DNA of 64,000 nt from Candidatus Marinacidobacterales bacterium. GTDB taxonomy: Bacteria; Acidobacteriota; Vicinamibacteria; Marinacidobacterales; DATDRI01. Each line of letters starts with the position of its first letter. Position 1 is the stretch's first letter. The notes under the pieces are model-generated. The model was not told the DNA's origin, did not search any database, and saw only the letters and a list, made by a program, of their open reading frames with translations. Location of the stretch: positions 3,264,001-3,328,000 of the forward strand of contig OZ245365.1 of assembly GCA_965226495.1 (NCBI GenBank), read 5' to 3'. Shown piece by piece: positions 18,120-26,296 of the stretch. The translations under genes were made by a program, and so were the position numbers.

Positions 18120-19478
18120 TCACTGGCGCTCGCTCACTCCGGTTGCCTCAATCGGTAGGGTAATTGTGAATTCGGTGCCCTTTCCCACCTGGCTGGCTAC
18201 TTCTATCTGGCCACGGTGTTTGTGCACAATGTGCCGAGCGGCCGTTAAGCCCAGGTTCGCTCCGACTCTAGAACCTTGGGATCGAAAGCCCAAATCGAAG
18301 AGGGTCCTCGCGTCTTCCGGCGACATGCCTTTTCCGGTATCTAAGATCTTAGACGTAGAGGGTCCTCGCGTCTTCCGGCGAACACTCTTCTCCTTCGTGA
18401 AAGTTCTAATTGTGACGCTGCCCCGCCATTCAACCGCCTGTATGGCAGTCATCAGTAAAGCCATGAAGACTTGGTTGAGCTCGCCGTGGTTACCATGAAT
18501 CTCCGGAATACAGCCATACTCTTTTACCAAACTTATTCCCTCCTTAATTTCGTTTTGAATTAAGGTTAGGGTACTTTCAATTCCTTCGTGAATGTTGGCC
18601 TTCTGGAATTCGCCTTCGTCCAATCTAGTAAAACTCTTCAAACTCTTTGCTATTCTGGCGATTCTGTCACTGGCAGATGAAGAAGTCTGACTATTTTCTT
18701 GGAGAATTCTAAGGCACTCTTGATAATCACGACTATTCTTGACTTCAGCAGGCGTTTCGCTATTTTCCAAAATCTGCTCCAACCTAGCGACAGAACGAAT
18801 TAACACGTCCGCATTACCCTTAATCACGCCAATAGGCGTATTGATTTCGTGAACAATGCCTGCGGTAAGCTGTCCGAGGGCCGCCATCTTCTCAGATTGA
18901 ACCAATTGAGCCTGGGCAGTTTGTAACTCGCTCTCCACTCGCTTGCGCTCCAGTTCAGCGGTGGCTCGTGCAGCGAAGATTTTGAAAATCGACAGGTCAC
19001 GATGTTCACCAGTCATGGGCTTATCATCTAACGTGGCCAAGTGGCCTAGCACATCGCCCGAAGAGTCGACTAGTGGTATCGCCAGATAGCTCTCCGCACC
19101 TAATTCGACGAGTGCTTCATCCTCCGGAAAAGCAGATTGCACATTTTCAGCATAGCGACAAATCTCGCCGCGCAACACTTTCTCGCAGGGTGTTCCAGCA
19201 AGATTGTAGCCATAGTTGTCCATAAAGCTATGGTCTTTCCAAAAGGCCAGTGTTCTGACTCTGGTTTTCACCTCCGTAAACTCGGAAATGAAGGCATAGC
19301 GTACGTGAAGCGCGCAGGCAAGATTTCGGACAAGCGAACGAAAAAAATCATCGCCCGTCAATGGAGCTGTACCTTCAATGATCGTGCGGAATATGTCATC
19401 CCGACTTGCTTGGGTTCTCTGCATCGCTGTCGGGCCCACAACACTCGATCCAAAGGACTGACTGACGCAATAGCTCAT
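18120..19478 (-). CDS. Cytoplasmic GAF-domain sensor histidine kinase
   Basis: GAF (FFRSLV...GTPCEKV...YLAIPL), QSEKMAALGQLTAGIVHEINTP H-box, LNQVF, DTGKG, G.GTEF. The start may be the ATG at 19424. Visibly more AT-rich than its flanks. Confidence 0.85.
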   Translation of the reverse strand: MSYCVSQSFGSSVVGPTAMQRTQASRDDIFRTIIEGTAPLTGDDFFRSLVRNLACALHVRYAFISEFTEVKTRVRTLAFWKDHSFMDNYGYNLAGTPCEKVLRGEICRYAENVQSAFPEDEALVELGAESYLAIPLVDSSGDVLGHLATLDDKPMTGEHRDLSIFKIFAARATAELERKRVESELQTAQAQLVQSEKMAALGQLTAGIVHEINTPIGVIKGNADVLIRSVARLEQILENSETPAEVKNSRDYQECLRILQENSQTSSSASDRIARIAKSLKSFTRLDEGEFQKANIHEGIESTLTLIQNEIKEGISLVKEYGCIPEIHGNHGELNQVFMALLMTAIQAVEWRGSVTIRTFTKEKSVRRKTRGPSTSKILDTGKGMSPEDARTLFDLGFRSQGSRVGANLGLTAARHIVHKHRGQIEVASQVGKGTEFTITLPIEATGVSERQ

Positions 19479-20326
19479 TGTAAGCTCCTTCTTCTAACGT
19501 CGTTTCTCAGAGAGTTTCGATCCGCCGTTCTAGGTTTCGGTGCCAACCGAGCCCGAGAGCCTCGGGGTCCTCGCGGGAGACAAGGTTGCTCGCTTGCGAC
19601 GCGCAGCTTTGCTGGCCCATCTGTCTCTTGATAGCGCTCGAGCGCGTTTCGAACCTTCGTGCGTCCCCGGTGGAGCAACACTTTTTGATTGGCCTCGGTC
19701 AGTCCAAGTACTTGACAGACCTCTTCCGCGGACCAGCCCTCGATATCCCGCAGGGTGACGACCTCGGCTTGTCGCGGGGGCATCGACTGAAGTTCCTTCC
19801 GGATCATCGTGATCGTTTCTGTCGACAAGAGACGATCTTCGGGCGTCTGTCTCCATCGGCGAGGCGGGGACATCCAGGCGTGTCGATCGTCTGAGAATCG
19901 CTCGGCTGCCGCCGCAAGATTGTCGGCAGGGTTCTCGATTTCACTCAGGGACGAAAACGGGACCGTCCGTCGTTCCCTCTTGGCTCTCGTTCGCGCGACA
20001 TTCATGAGAATCGAGAAGATCCAAGTTTTGAGTGAAGAGCGACCCTCGAAGCGCTCCAGGCCTCGAATCGCCGCGAGCCAAGTCTCCTGAACTACCTCTT
20101 CCGCCATCTCTCGATCAGAAAGGACCGATCTCGCGAGGCCAAGCATGGACGACGAGAGCCGCTCGAGCAAGACCTCGAACGCCCTCTCGTTGCCGGCCCG
20201 GAGTGCCTCTATGAAGTCCTTCTCTTGATGGTATCCGTCGGCGCTCTGCCCCCGCTGGAGAGGCCACAGGATGGTGGTCGGGCTCGTTGCAACCGTTTCC
20301 ATTTGCTGGGTCATGTGCTGGGTCAT
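19475..20326 (-). CDS. ECF RNA polymerase sigma factor
   Basis: AEEVVQETWL, FEGRSSLKTWIFSILMN and VVTLRDIEGWSAEEVC...VLLHRGR. AAGGAG RBS before the ATG at 20326. Carries a C-terminal tail of uncertain meaning. Confidence 0.9.
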   Translation of the reverse strand: MTQHMTQQMETVATSPTTILWPLQRGQSADGYHQEKDFIEALRAGNERAFEVLLERLSSSMLGLARSVLSDREMAEEVVQETWLAAIRGLERFEGRSSLKTWIFSILMNVARTRAKRERRTVPFSSLSEIENPADNLAAAAERFSDDRHAWMSPPRRWRQTPEDRLLSTETITMIRKELQSMPPRQAEVVTLRDIEGWSAEEVCQVLGLTEANQKVLLHRGRTKVRNALERYQETDGPAKLRVASEQPCLPRGPRGSRARLAPKPRTADRNSLRNDVRRRSLQ

Positions 20327-20485
20327 GGAATTTCTCCTTTCCTGGAAAGCAATTTGCCAGTGGCCCCTCTGGAACACCATGCCGAGCAGATCACGGGTGC
20401 GTCAAAGCGTCTTCACGATGCAAATAATTGATTCTTAAAGAGTTGGTGAGTTGGATCACGCAGAAAAGGGTGGGTTGCCCCAAGG

Positions 20486-20516
20486 AAAAAGGTCCCGCGC
20501 CTTTCGGCGGGGACCT
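20486..20516 (-). terminator. Intrinsic terminator after the cytochrome P460 gene
   Basis: GC hairpin AGGTCCCCGCC-GAAA-GGCG(C)GGGACCT followed by a T-tract on the minus strand. Confidence 0.6.
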
Positions 20517-20540
20517 CGAGGATGAGCGCCAAACCCTAAG

Positions 20541-21746
20541 CTATTTGGGCGGATACTCCGTCAAGACAAAGTCCTTGCCCGTGGAGTGGCAGCCGGAGCA
20601 GAGGGGAAGGCCGTTGCCAACCCCGACAATGTCACTGCTGTCTTCCGTGTTGGTCGTTTCGTACCAGAACCAACCCTGCCCTTGAGCGCTGTCTTCTTGG
20701 GTCTTGACCATCACCGCCCAGCCGAGAAGCTCGGAACCATCCTCGCTGTACATTTCCTTCACGATCGATGAGCCGGCCGGATGCGACGCATTTCCTGCCG
20801 CGAGGGAAGCGTCGATCTTGGCATCCAAGTAGACGCGAACCGGCCAGCTGAACTTGGCATGGGGTCCTCGGGAAGCGTGTTTCTCAGATTCTTGGCTCTC
20901 GAATGACCTGTATGAGCCAGCTTTGAGGAATTCGTGAAGCCTTTGGGCTTCGGTGGGCACGACCGAGTCCACGGTAGGTGTATCGGCTGTCGCTTTCATG
21001 GCCGACTCGGACGCGCCGAGCATCGTATCCGCCATGCGATCGTACGACTCGTCGCCGCTTCGCATCGCCGCGCCGCTGGGAGACGCTGAGGAAGGAGAGC
21101 CCAGAGAGCTCTGCCGCGGCCCCTTTGCGGCGCGCAGCACCGGATAGTACTGGGTAAAGACCCCATTATCCGCGGCAGCCGCTTCGTGGCAGGAGCTACA
21201 TGCCGCGGCTGGGAATTTCTCTGCGGTGTCCGCAAGCGGATAGCTATGGCCGAAGCTGAAGTAAGCCCAGTTCCCTGGCTCGTCGGGAAAACGGTTCGAG
21301 TCCTTGACAGCGGCCTCCAAACCGATGAACTCGCCCATGAAGTAGCCTCTACCGCTAGCGGCCGCCTTCGAGCCCACGCTGACGAGCTCCTTGACCAGGA
21401 CTGTCCCCTCCCGGAAATTTCCGGTTTCCATGTAGTGGTCGTAGCTCTCGGGATCGATATAGACGTTGTGGAAGTCCGGGAACGGCGCTTCGGGCGGATT
21501 CATGTCGTTGGGTGTCAGCGGCGTTCCGATGTACACCCACGTCCGGTAACCCGTGGGCCGGATGAGCCAACCCTGGCCATCGAAGTGGACCGGCGTTTCC
21601 TCCTGCGGTGGCTCGGCCGTCGCAAAGAGAGCAGGACTGAGGATGTAGCTCGATGCGAGAACCGTCAGCCCCATAACAACGGCCAGGCCCACAACCCTCG
21701 ATCCAAAGGACTGAATGACGCGATACTTCATTTGCATTTCGTTCAT
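20541..21746 (-). CDS. Tandem two-domain cytochrome P460-family protein (two CxxCH)
   Basis: Signal peptide. Domain 1: WVYIGTPLTPN..N, GTVLVKELVSVG, GYFMG..IGLEAAVKD, CSSCH, VFTQYYPVL. Ser-rich linker. Domain 2: GSSIVKEMY, AVMVK, GWFWYE, CSGCH. Confidence 0.88.
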   Translation of the reverse strand: MNEMQMKYRVIQSFGSRVVGLAVVMGLTVLASSYILSPALFATAEPPQEETPVHFDGQGWLIRPTGYRTWVYIGTPLTPNDMNPPEAPFPDFHNVYIDPESYDHYMETGNFREGTVLVKELVSVGSKAAASGRGYFMGEFIGLEAAVKDSNRFPDEPGNWAYFSFGHSYPLADTAEKFPAAACSSCHEAAAADNGVFTQYYPVLRAAKGPRQSSLGSPSSASPSGAAMRSGDESYDRMADTMLGASESAMKATADTPTVDSVVPTEAQRLHEFLKAGSYRSFESQESEKHASRGPHAKFSWPVRVYLDAKIDASLAAGNASHPAGSSIVKEMYSEDGSELLGWAVMVKTQEDSAQGQGWFWYETTNTEDSSDIVGVGNGLPLCSGCHSTGKDFVLTEYPPK

Positions 21747-21754
21747 ACAGATAC

Positions 21755-21827
21755 AGTCTCCCGCTGCAGATTTCCGTTACGCTGTTCGGTCGGAATCCGT
21801 GTAACGAAAAGGCAGGGACGGAAGACT
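21755..21827. promoter_or_regulatory. Divergent pair of putative ECF promoters (P460 gene / anti-sigma)
   Basis: Minus strand CGTAAC-N16-AGACT (21781-21755). Plus strand TGTAAC-N17-AGACT (21800-21827). Confidence 0.7.
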
Positions 21828-21834
21828 TGTCATA

Positions 21835-22113
21835 GTGCCGGAACTGATCCCTTCGGAATACTCGATGGCGCCTGACGCACTCACTTGCCGGGAGCTCGCA
21901 GAGCTCCTCACCGACTACCTAGAGGAATCGCTTCCCGCTCCCCAGCGGAAACGGTTCGAAGCGCACCTACGCAATTGCAAGAGTTGTCAGGACGACCTGG
22001 AGGAAATGCGGGCAACGTTGATTGCCCTGAGGCGTCTACCCAGGGAGTCTCTAAAACTGGCGACGAAGCACAGGCTGCTTCGGGCATTCAGAAGATGTAC
22101 TCAACGGCATTAG
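21835..22113 (+). CDS. Small soluble zf-HC2 (ZAS) anti-sigma factor
   Basis: LTCRELAELLTDYLE...RFEAHLRNCKSC (HxxxCxxC). Confidence 0.85.
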   Translation: MPELIPSEYSMAPDALTCRELAELLTDYLEESLPAPQRKRFEAHLRNCKSCQDDLEEMRATLIALRRLPRESLKLATKHRLLRAFRRCTQRH

Positions 22114-22241
22114 CTGTTCGACAACATCTACGTTGACACCCAGCGGACAAATCGAACTTAGGAGATGGGAAGAAAACTGCCCGGTTCGTTGCGTGACGTC
22201 TCGAGCGAACACTATAATCAGCTCGAAATCCGGGCCAGGCC

Positions 22242-24116
22242 ATGTCGACGTTTCAATCGTCCAACTCCATCCGATTTGGGAACTTTGAAGTCGATCCCCG
22301 CGCTGGAGAGCTAAGGAAGAACGGACGGCCGGTTAAGCTCCAGGAACAACCCCTCCAGCTCTTGCTCTTGCTTCTTGAGCATCCTGGCGAAGTCGTAACC
22401 CAGGAAGAAGCGCGAAATACTCTCTGGAGAGAGGATACTTTCGTCGACTTTGAACATGGTCTCGGCGCCGCACTGAACCGTTTGCGCGCCGCCCTGGGTG
22501 ACTCCGCGAGTAATCCTCGTTTCATCGAAACGCTGCCTCGCCACGGATATCGGTTCATCGCGCCCGTAGCGGCAGGCTCGCCGAACGAACCGGAATCCGT
22601 GGCGGTGAGTCCGCCGACGAAACCTGTCGCCTTTAGATATGGCGGCTGGGTGGTCGCTTTCGGGGCGTTGATGCTCTCGATCTATCTGCTGAGAGAGCGT
22701 GTTCCGGCACCAACAAGCGCCGGCGCGGACACGAATATGCTCGTCGTGCTTCCCTTCGACAACTTGAGCGGCGACCCGGAGCAAGAGTATTTCAGCGACG
22801 GCCTGACCGAGGAGATCATCACCCACGTGGGCCAACTTAGCTTTGAACGACTCGGCGTCATTGCCCGCACGTCGAGCATGACATACAAGAACACGACACA
22901 GACGATCGAGCAGATAGGGCAGGATCTCGGCGTGAACTACGTGCTCGAGGGAAGTGTGCGGCGTGAGGGCGGACGCGTCCGGATTACCGCCCAGCTCATC
23001 TCCGTGAGCGATCAAACCCATGTTTGGGCAGAGAGCTACGACCGCGAGCTCCAAGGGATTCTTGCCTTGCAAAGCGACGTTTCCCGGCAGGTCGCCAAGG
23101 CCGTGGCCGGCGAGCTTGGGCTTGCGAACGACCCGGTGGTTGCCCCAGAACTGGCGCACACGGACGCTTATGACGCGTACCTCAAAGGTCGTTTCTACTG
23201 GAACAAGCGCGATGCCCAGGGCTTCCAGAAAGCCATCGAGTACTTCCAAGAGGCCATCGACATCGACCCGCGTTTCGCGCCTGCATACGCGGGGCTGGCT
23301 GACTGCTACGCGCTGCTAAGCGTCTCCTTTGACCTGCTACCTCCGGGAGAGGCGCAGTCCAAAGCGAGGACGATGGCCAGAAAAGCACTGGAAATCGACC
23401 CCAACCTGGCCGAAGCCTATGCTTCCCTGGGACTCGTACGGCACGGTTACGATTGGGACTGGGCGGGCGCATCCGAAGCGTTCCAGCGCGCCATCGAACT
23501 CAACCCAAGCTATGCGACCGCATACCACTGGCACGCACTTCATCTGGCAGGCATGGGTCGGTTCGAGCAAGCGCTCGATGAAATGAGACGAGCCCGGGCT
23601 CTGGATCCTCTCTCTCTGATCATCAACACTGACCTAGGGAGGGTGCTCTATACCGCGCGCCGGTACGACGAGGCCACAAAACAGTTGCAAGAAACCCTGG
23701 GTTTGGACCCGCACTTCGTGCCGGCGCGCATCTGGCTGTCTAGCGTATACCTGCAGAGAAAAATGTTCGAAGAGGCCATCGAAGTCTCCCGGACGGTAGC
23801 TACCATCGAGAACGGTGGACCGACGGCACTCGCCCTGCTCGGCGCCAGTTATGCCGCGGCGGGAAAGACAACCGACGCCATGGAAATTCTCCAGACGCTA
23901 AAACAGTTGTCCAACCAGCGCCACGTGTCACCAGCAAGCATCGCGCTCGTGTACGCGAACCTTGGCGACCCCGATGAGGCGTTTGCCTGGCTGGAGAAGG
24001 CTTTCGGGCAACGTTCCGGCTCCCTCCGACTGCTCAAGGTGGATCCCGTATTCGATCCCCTTCGCTCCGATCCGCGTTTTCAGGGTCTGCTTACACGCAT
24101 GAACTTCCCGGAGTGA
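22242..24116 (+). CDS. CadC-like winged-helix / TM / TolB-like / TPR regulator
   Basis: FGNFEVD...LRAALGDSASNPRFIETLPRHGYRF, TM helix, VLPFDNLSGDPEQEYFSDGLTEE, TPRs and DPLRSDPRF. Confidence 0.88.
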   Translation: MSTFQSSNSIRFGNFEVDPRAGELRKNGRPVKLQEQPLQLLLLLLEHPGEVVTQEEARNTLWREDTFVDFEHGLGAALNRLRAALGDSASNPRFIETLPRHGYRFIAPVAAGSPNEPESVAVSPPTKPVAFRYGGWVVAFGALMLSIYLLRERVPAPTSAGADTNMLVVLPFDNLSGDPEQEYFSDGLTEEIITHVGQLSFERLGVIARTSSMTYKNTTQTIEQIGQDLGVNYVLEGSVRREGGRVRITAQLISVSDQTHVWAESYDRELQGILALQSDVSRQVAKAVAGELGLANDPVVAPELAHTDAYDAYLKGRFYWNKRDAQGFQKAIEYFQEAIDIDPRFAPAYAGLADCYALLSVSFDLLPPGEAQSKARTMARKALEIDPNLAEAYASLGLVRHGYDWDWAGASEAFQRAIELNPSYATAYHWHALHLAGMGRFEQALDEMRRARALDPLSLIINTDLGRVLYTARRYDEATKQLQETLGLDPHFVPARIWLSSVYLQRKMFEEAIEVSRTVATIENGGPTALALLGASYAAAGKTTDAMEILQTLKQLSNQRHVSPASIALVYANLGDPDEAFAWLEKAFGQRSGSLRLLKVDPVFDPLRSDPRFQGLLTRMNFPE

Positions 24117-24135
24117 ATCGTCGCTCGTAAAGGAA

Positions 24136-24173
24136 GCGCCCTGGGAGCCGCCGACAAGCCGCTCCCAGGGCGC
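24136..24173. terminator. Inverted repeat between convergent genes
   Basis: Perfect 13-bp IR GCGCCCTGGGAGC...GCTCCCAGGGCGC. Confidence 0.5.
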
Positions 24174-24190
24174 CCGGGCAGGCAAGCAAA

Positions 24191-24727
24191 CTAGCTCTCT
24201 TCCACGATATCCGGCTTCAGGGTGCCAATGATCTCGAGAAGCTCTGATTTCTCGGCGGCAGGAACTTTGAATTTATCCAAGGTGTCAACCAAGTGTTGCA
24301 CCACGATGTTGAATTCCTTTTCAGTGATGCCGAGTCCACCATGAATGGTCTTGGCTGGCCGGCTGATGATCTTGCAGGGGCCCCCGGTGACGTTGCAGAC
24401 CAAATTCTTGTTCTTCTGCCTGAACTGCTGCCTTGTATCATCGCCCATGCCCCTGAAAAACTGGGCAATGCGAGGATCAACAAACAACTTTCCCGCGAAG
24501 TCGTCGACCACGGCAGAAATCGCATCGTACCCGCCGAGCCGCTCGTATAACGATTTTCCCTCATCTGATTCATCTGGAGCCGACGAGCTCTCGACCGCAG
24601 ACTCCAACAATGGGAGGCTGCCTTCGACAAGCGACGGCGGAGTCACAAGCAATACGGTTGCTAAGAAGAGCCCCTCACCCAGAAGAAAACTCCTCGTTCT
24701 TCTCCAATTTCCTATTGCAAACATCAC
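24191..24727 (-). CDS. Group I truncated hemoglobin with N-terminal export-like leader
   Basis: SLYERLGGYDAISAVVDDF, DPRIAQFF, TGGP, proximal H in KTIHGGLGIT..EF. Hydrophobic leader. Confidence 0.88.
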   Translation of the reverse strand: MMFAIGNWRRTRSFLLGEGLFLATVLLVTPPSLVEGSLPLLESAVESSSAPDESDEGKSLYERLGGYDAISAVVDDFAGKLFVDPRIAQFFRGMGDDTRQQFRQKNKNLVCNVTGGPCKIISRPAKTIHGGLGITEKEFNIVVQHLVDTLDKFKVPAAEKSELLEIIGTLKPDIVEES

Positions 24728-24794
24728 AATCCTCCTTTTTAGGTTCGTGCCCTTCGGCGATCGTTCACCTGGGACAACGCACGTTCAGAGGCCT

Positions 24795-24863
24795 AGTCCA
24801 TCTATGAGGCGTTTCGTTACAAGGTGAAACCTGGGATGTAACGTTTCAACCTACGGGAGGACT
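24795..24863. promoter_or_regulatory. Divergent pair of putative ECF promoters (globin / hemA)
   Basis: Minus strand TGTAAC-N16-GGACT (24821-24795). Plus strand TGTAAC-N16-GGACT (24837-24863). Confidence 0.7.
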
Positions 24864-24874
24864 ATTTCTATGCC

Positions 24875-26083
24875 ATGCCGGAAATGAAAGGAAAAGAGCT
24901 TCGACTGCTTGGCGCAAGCTACTGTACGGCGCCGGTCGAGGTGAGGGAGTCTCTCGGCCACTTCGTCGCCGAGACTAAAGCGCGCTTGCTGCCGAACGAA
25001 CCAGAAGAGTTGGAGCTCGTCGTCCTTTCTACCTGCAATCGCATTGAGATTTACACTTGGGCCCCGATACAGGCTGACTACCTGGACCAATGGTTTCGAC
25101 AGATTGCCGATAGCATTCGGCCCGGCGGCGCCTTTTCGAACGAAACGCTATATCACCATCGAGGCGAGTCAGCGGCGCGGCATCTGTTCCGAGTCGCTTG
25201 CGGGCTGGACTCGGCGGTCCTGGGTGATGTGCAGATACTGTCGCAGATCAAGCAGGCCCGGACGGCCGCGAAGGAGGCGCGAAGGCTTGGCATCTTCCTG
25301 GAACAGATCTTTCGGGTGGCCATCCAAGCGGGAAAACGGGCAAGACACGAAACCGAGATCGGGTATGGTGCGGCCAGCGTGGGTTCCGCCCTCGCCAGCA
25401 TGCTCCGCCACCGCTCGAACTCCGGTTCTTTTCGCATCCTCCTTATCGGAGCCGGTAACGCCGCTCGCAACATTGGTCTGCACCTTGCCAAATCCGAGCT
25501 AGGCTCCATTGTATGCATCAACCGCACCCGCCACAAAGCGAACGAGCTTGCCCTTCAGTTGGGGGGAAAGTCCCGGGCCTGGGACGAGCTCGAACCAGCG
25601 TTGCTCGAAAGCGACCTTGTCATTGCCGCGACATCGGCCGCCGAGCCCGTCCTTCAGAAAAACGACCTTGAGGAATTAGCCCGCCGGCGGCGCGGCGCGC
25701 CCATTTTGATCGTCGACGCTGGCCTTCCCAGAAATGTGGAACCTGGCTCTCCTTTGGACGTGATTGGGATCGATGAAGTCCGTGAGCGGCAGGAACAGGT
25801 TATGGCAAGGCGTCGGGCTTCGGTGCCATCGGTGGAGCGAATCGTTCAGGACGCGGTCGAGGAGTGGCGACACTGGGTTGTTTCTAGGCCCATAGAGGAA
25901 ATCGTTCGATCCCTGTTTCAAGAAGTGCCCAGCTACACAAGACAGGCGGCAGCCAGCCTCGTCGACGGCAAAGTACTGACGCCGGAAAAAGCAGAACGAA
26001 TCCTCGAGAAGTCTGTTCGGCAACTCCTCCATGACCACGTCCGCCGCCTGCGCACCCTCGCCGTCCCGGGCCAGTCGCACTAA
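24875..26083 (+). CDS. hemA: Glutamyl-tRNA reductase (divergent, stand-alone)
   Basis: TAPVEVRE, LSTCNRIE catalytic Cys, HLFRVACGLDS.VLGD.QIL.Q, GKRARHET.I, IGAG, NRT and D..LPRNVE. Confidence 0.88.
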   Translation: MPEMKGKELRLLGASYCTAPVEVRESLGHFVAETKARLLPNEPEELELVVLSTCNRIEIYTWAPIQADYLDQWFRQIADSIRPGGAFSNETLYHHRGESAARHLFRVACGLDSAVLGDVQILSQIKQARTAAKEARRLGIFLEQIFRVAIQAGKRARHETEIGYGAASVGSALASMLRHRSNSGSFRILLIGAGNAARNIGLHLAKSELGSIVCINRTRHKANELALQLGGKSRAWDELEPALLESDLVIAATSAAEPVLQKNDLEELARRRRGAPILIVDAGLPRNVEPGSPLDVIGIDEVRERQEQVMARRRASVPSVERIVQDAVEEWRHWVVSRPIEEIVRSLFQEVPSYTRQAAASLVDGKVLTPEKAERILEKSVRQLLHDHVRRLRTLAVPGQSH

Positions 26084-26296
26084 CTCGAACAACTCTTCAT
26101 CCCAAGTAGCGACGGCAACATCCGCTTAATGACTTAGCGAACCCTCACCCGCCGTCTGGCCACGTTCTTGTTCGGCACGGAGCATTTTGACGGCCACAGG
26201 CTTCCAAGGGGGAGAGGGAATGACGGAAGGAAGCCATCGTCCATTTCTCGTAGACCACAATCTGCTTGGCCATTCCATCACCACCCAAACCCGCCT

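Noticed and set aside
22242-24116. wHTH-TPR regulator as part of the ECF regulon
   Set aside because: No GTAAC/GACT motif directly upstream, and this family is typically highly multicopy, so its position alone is weak evidence.
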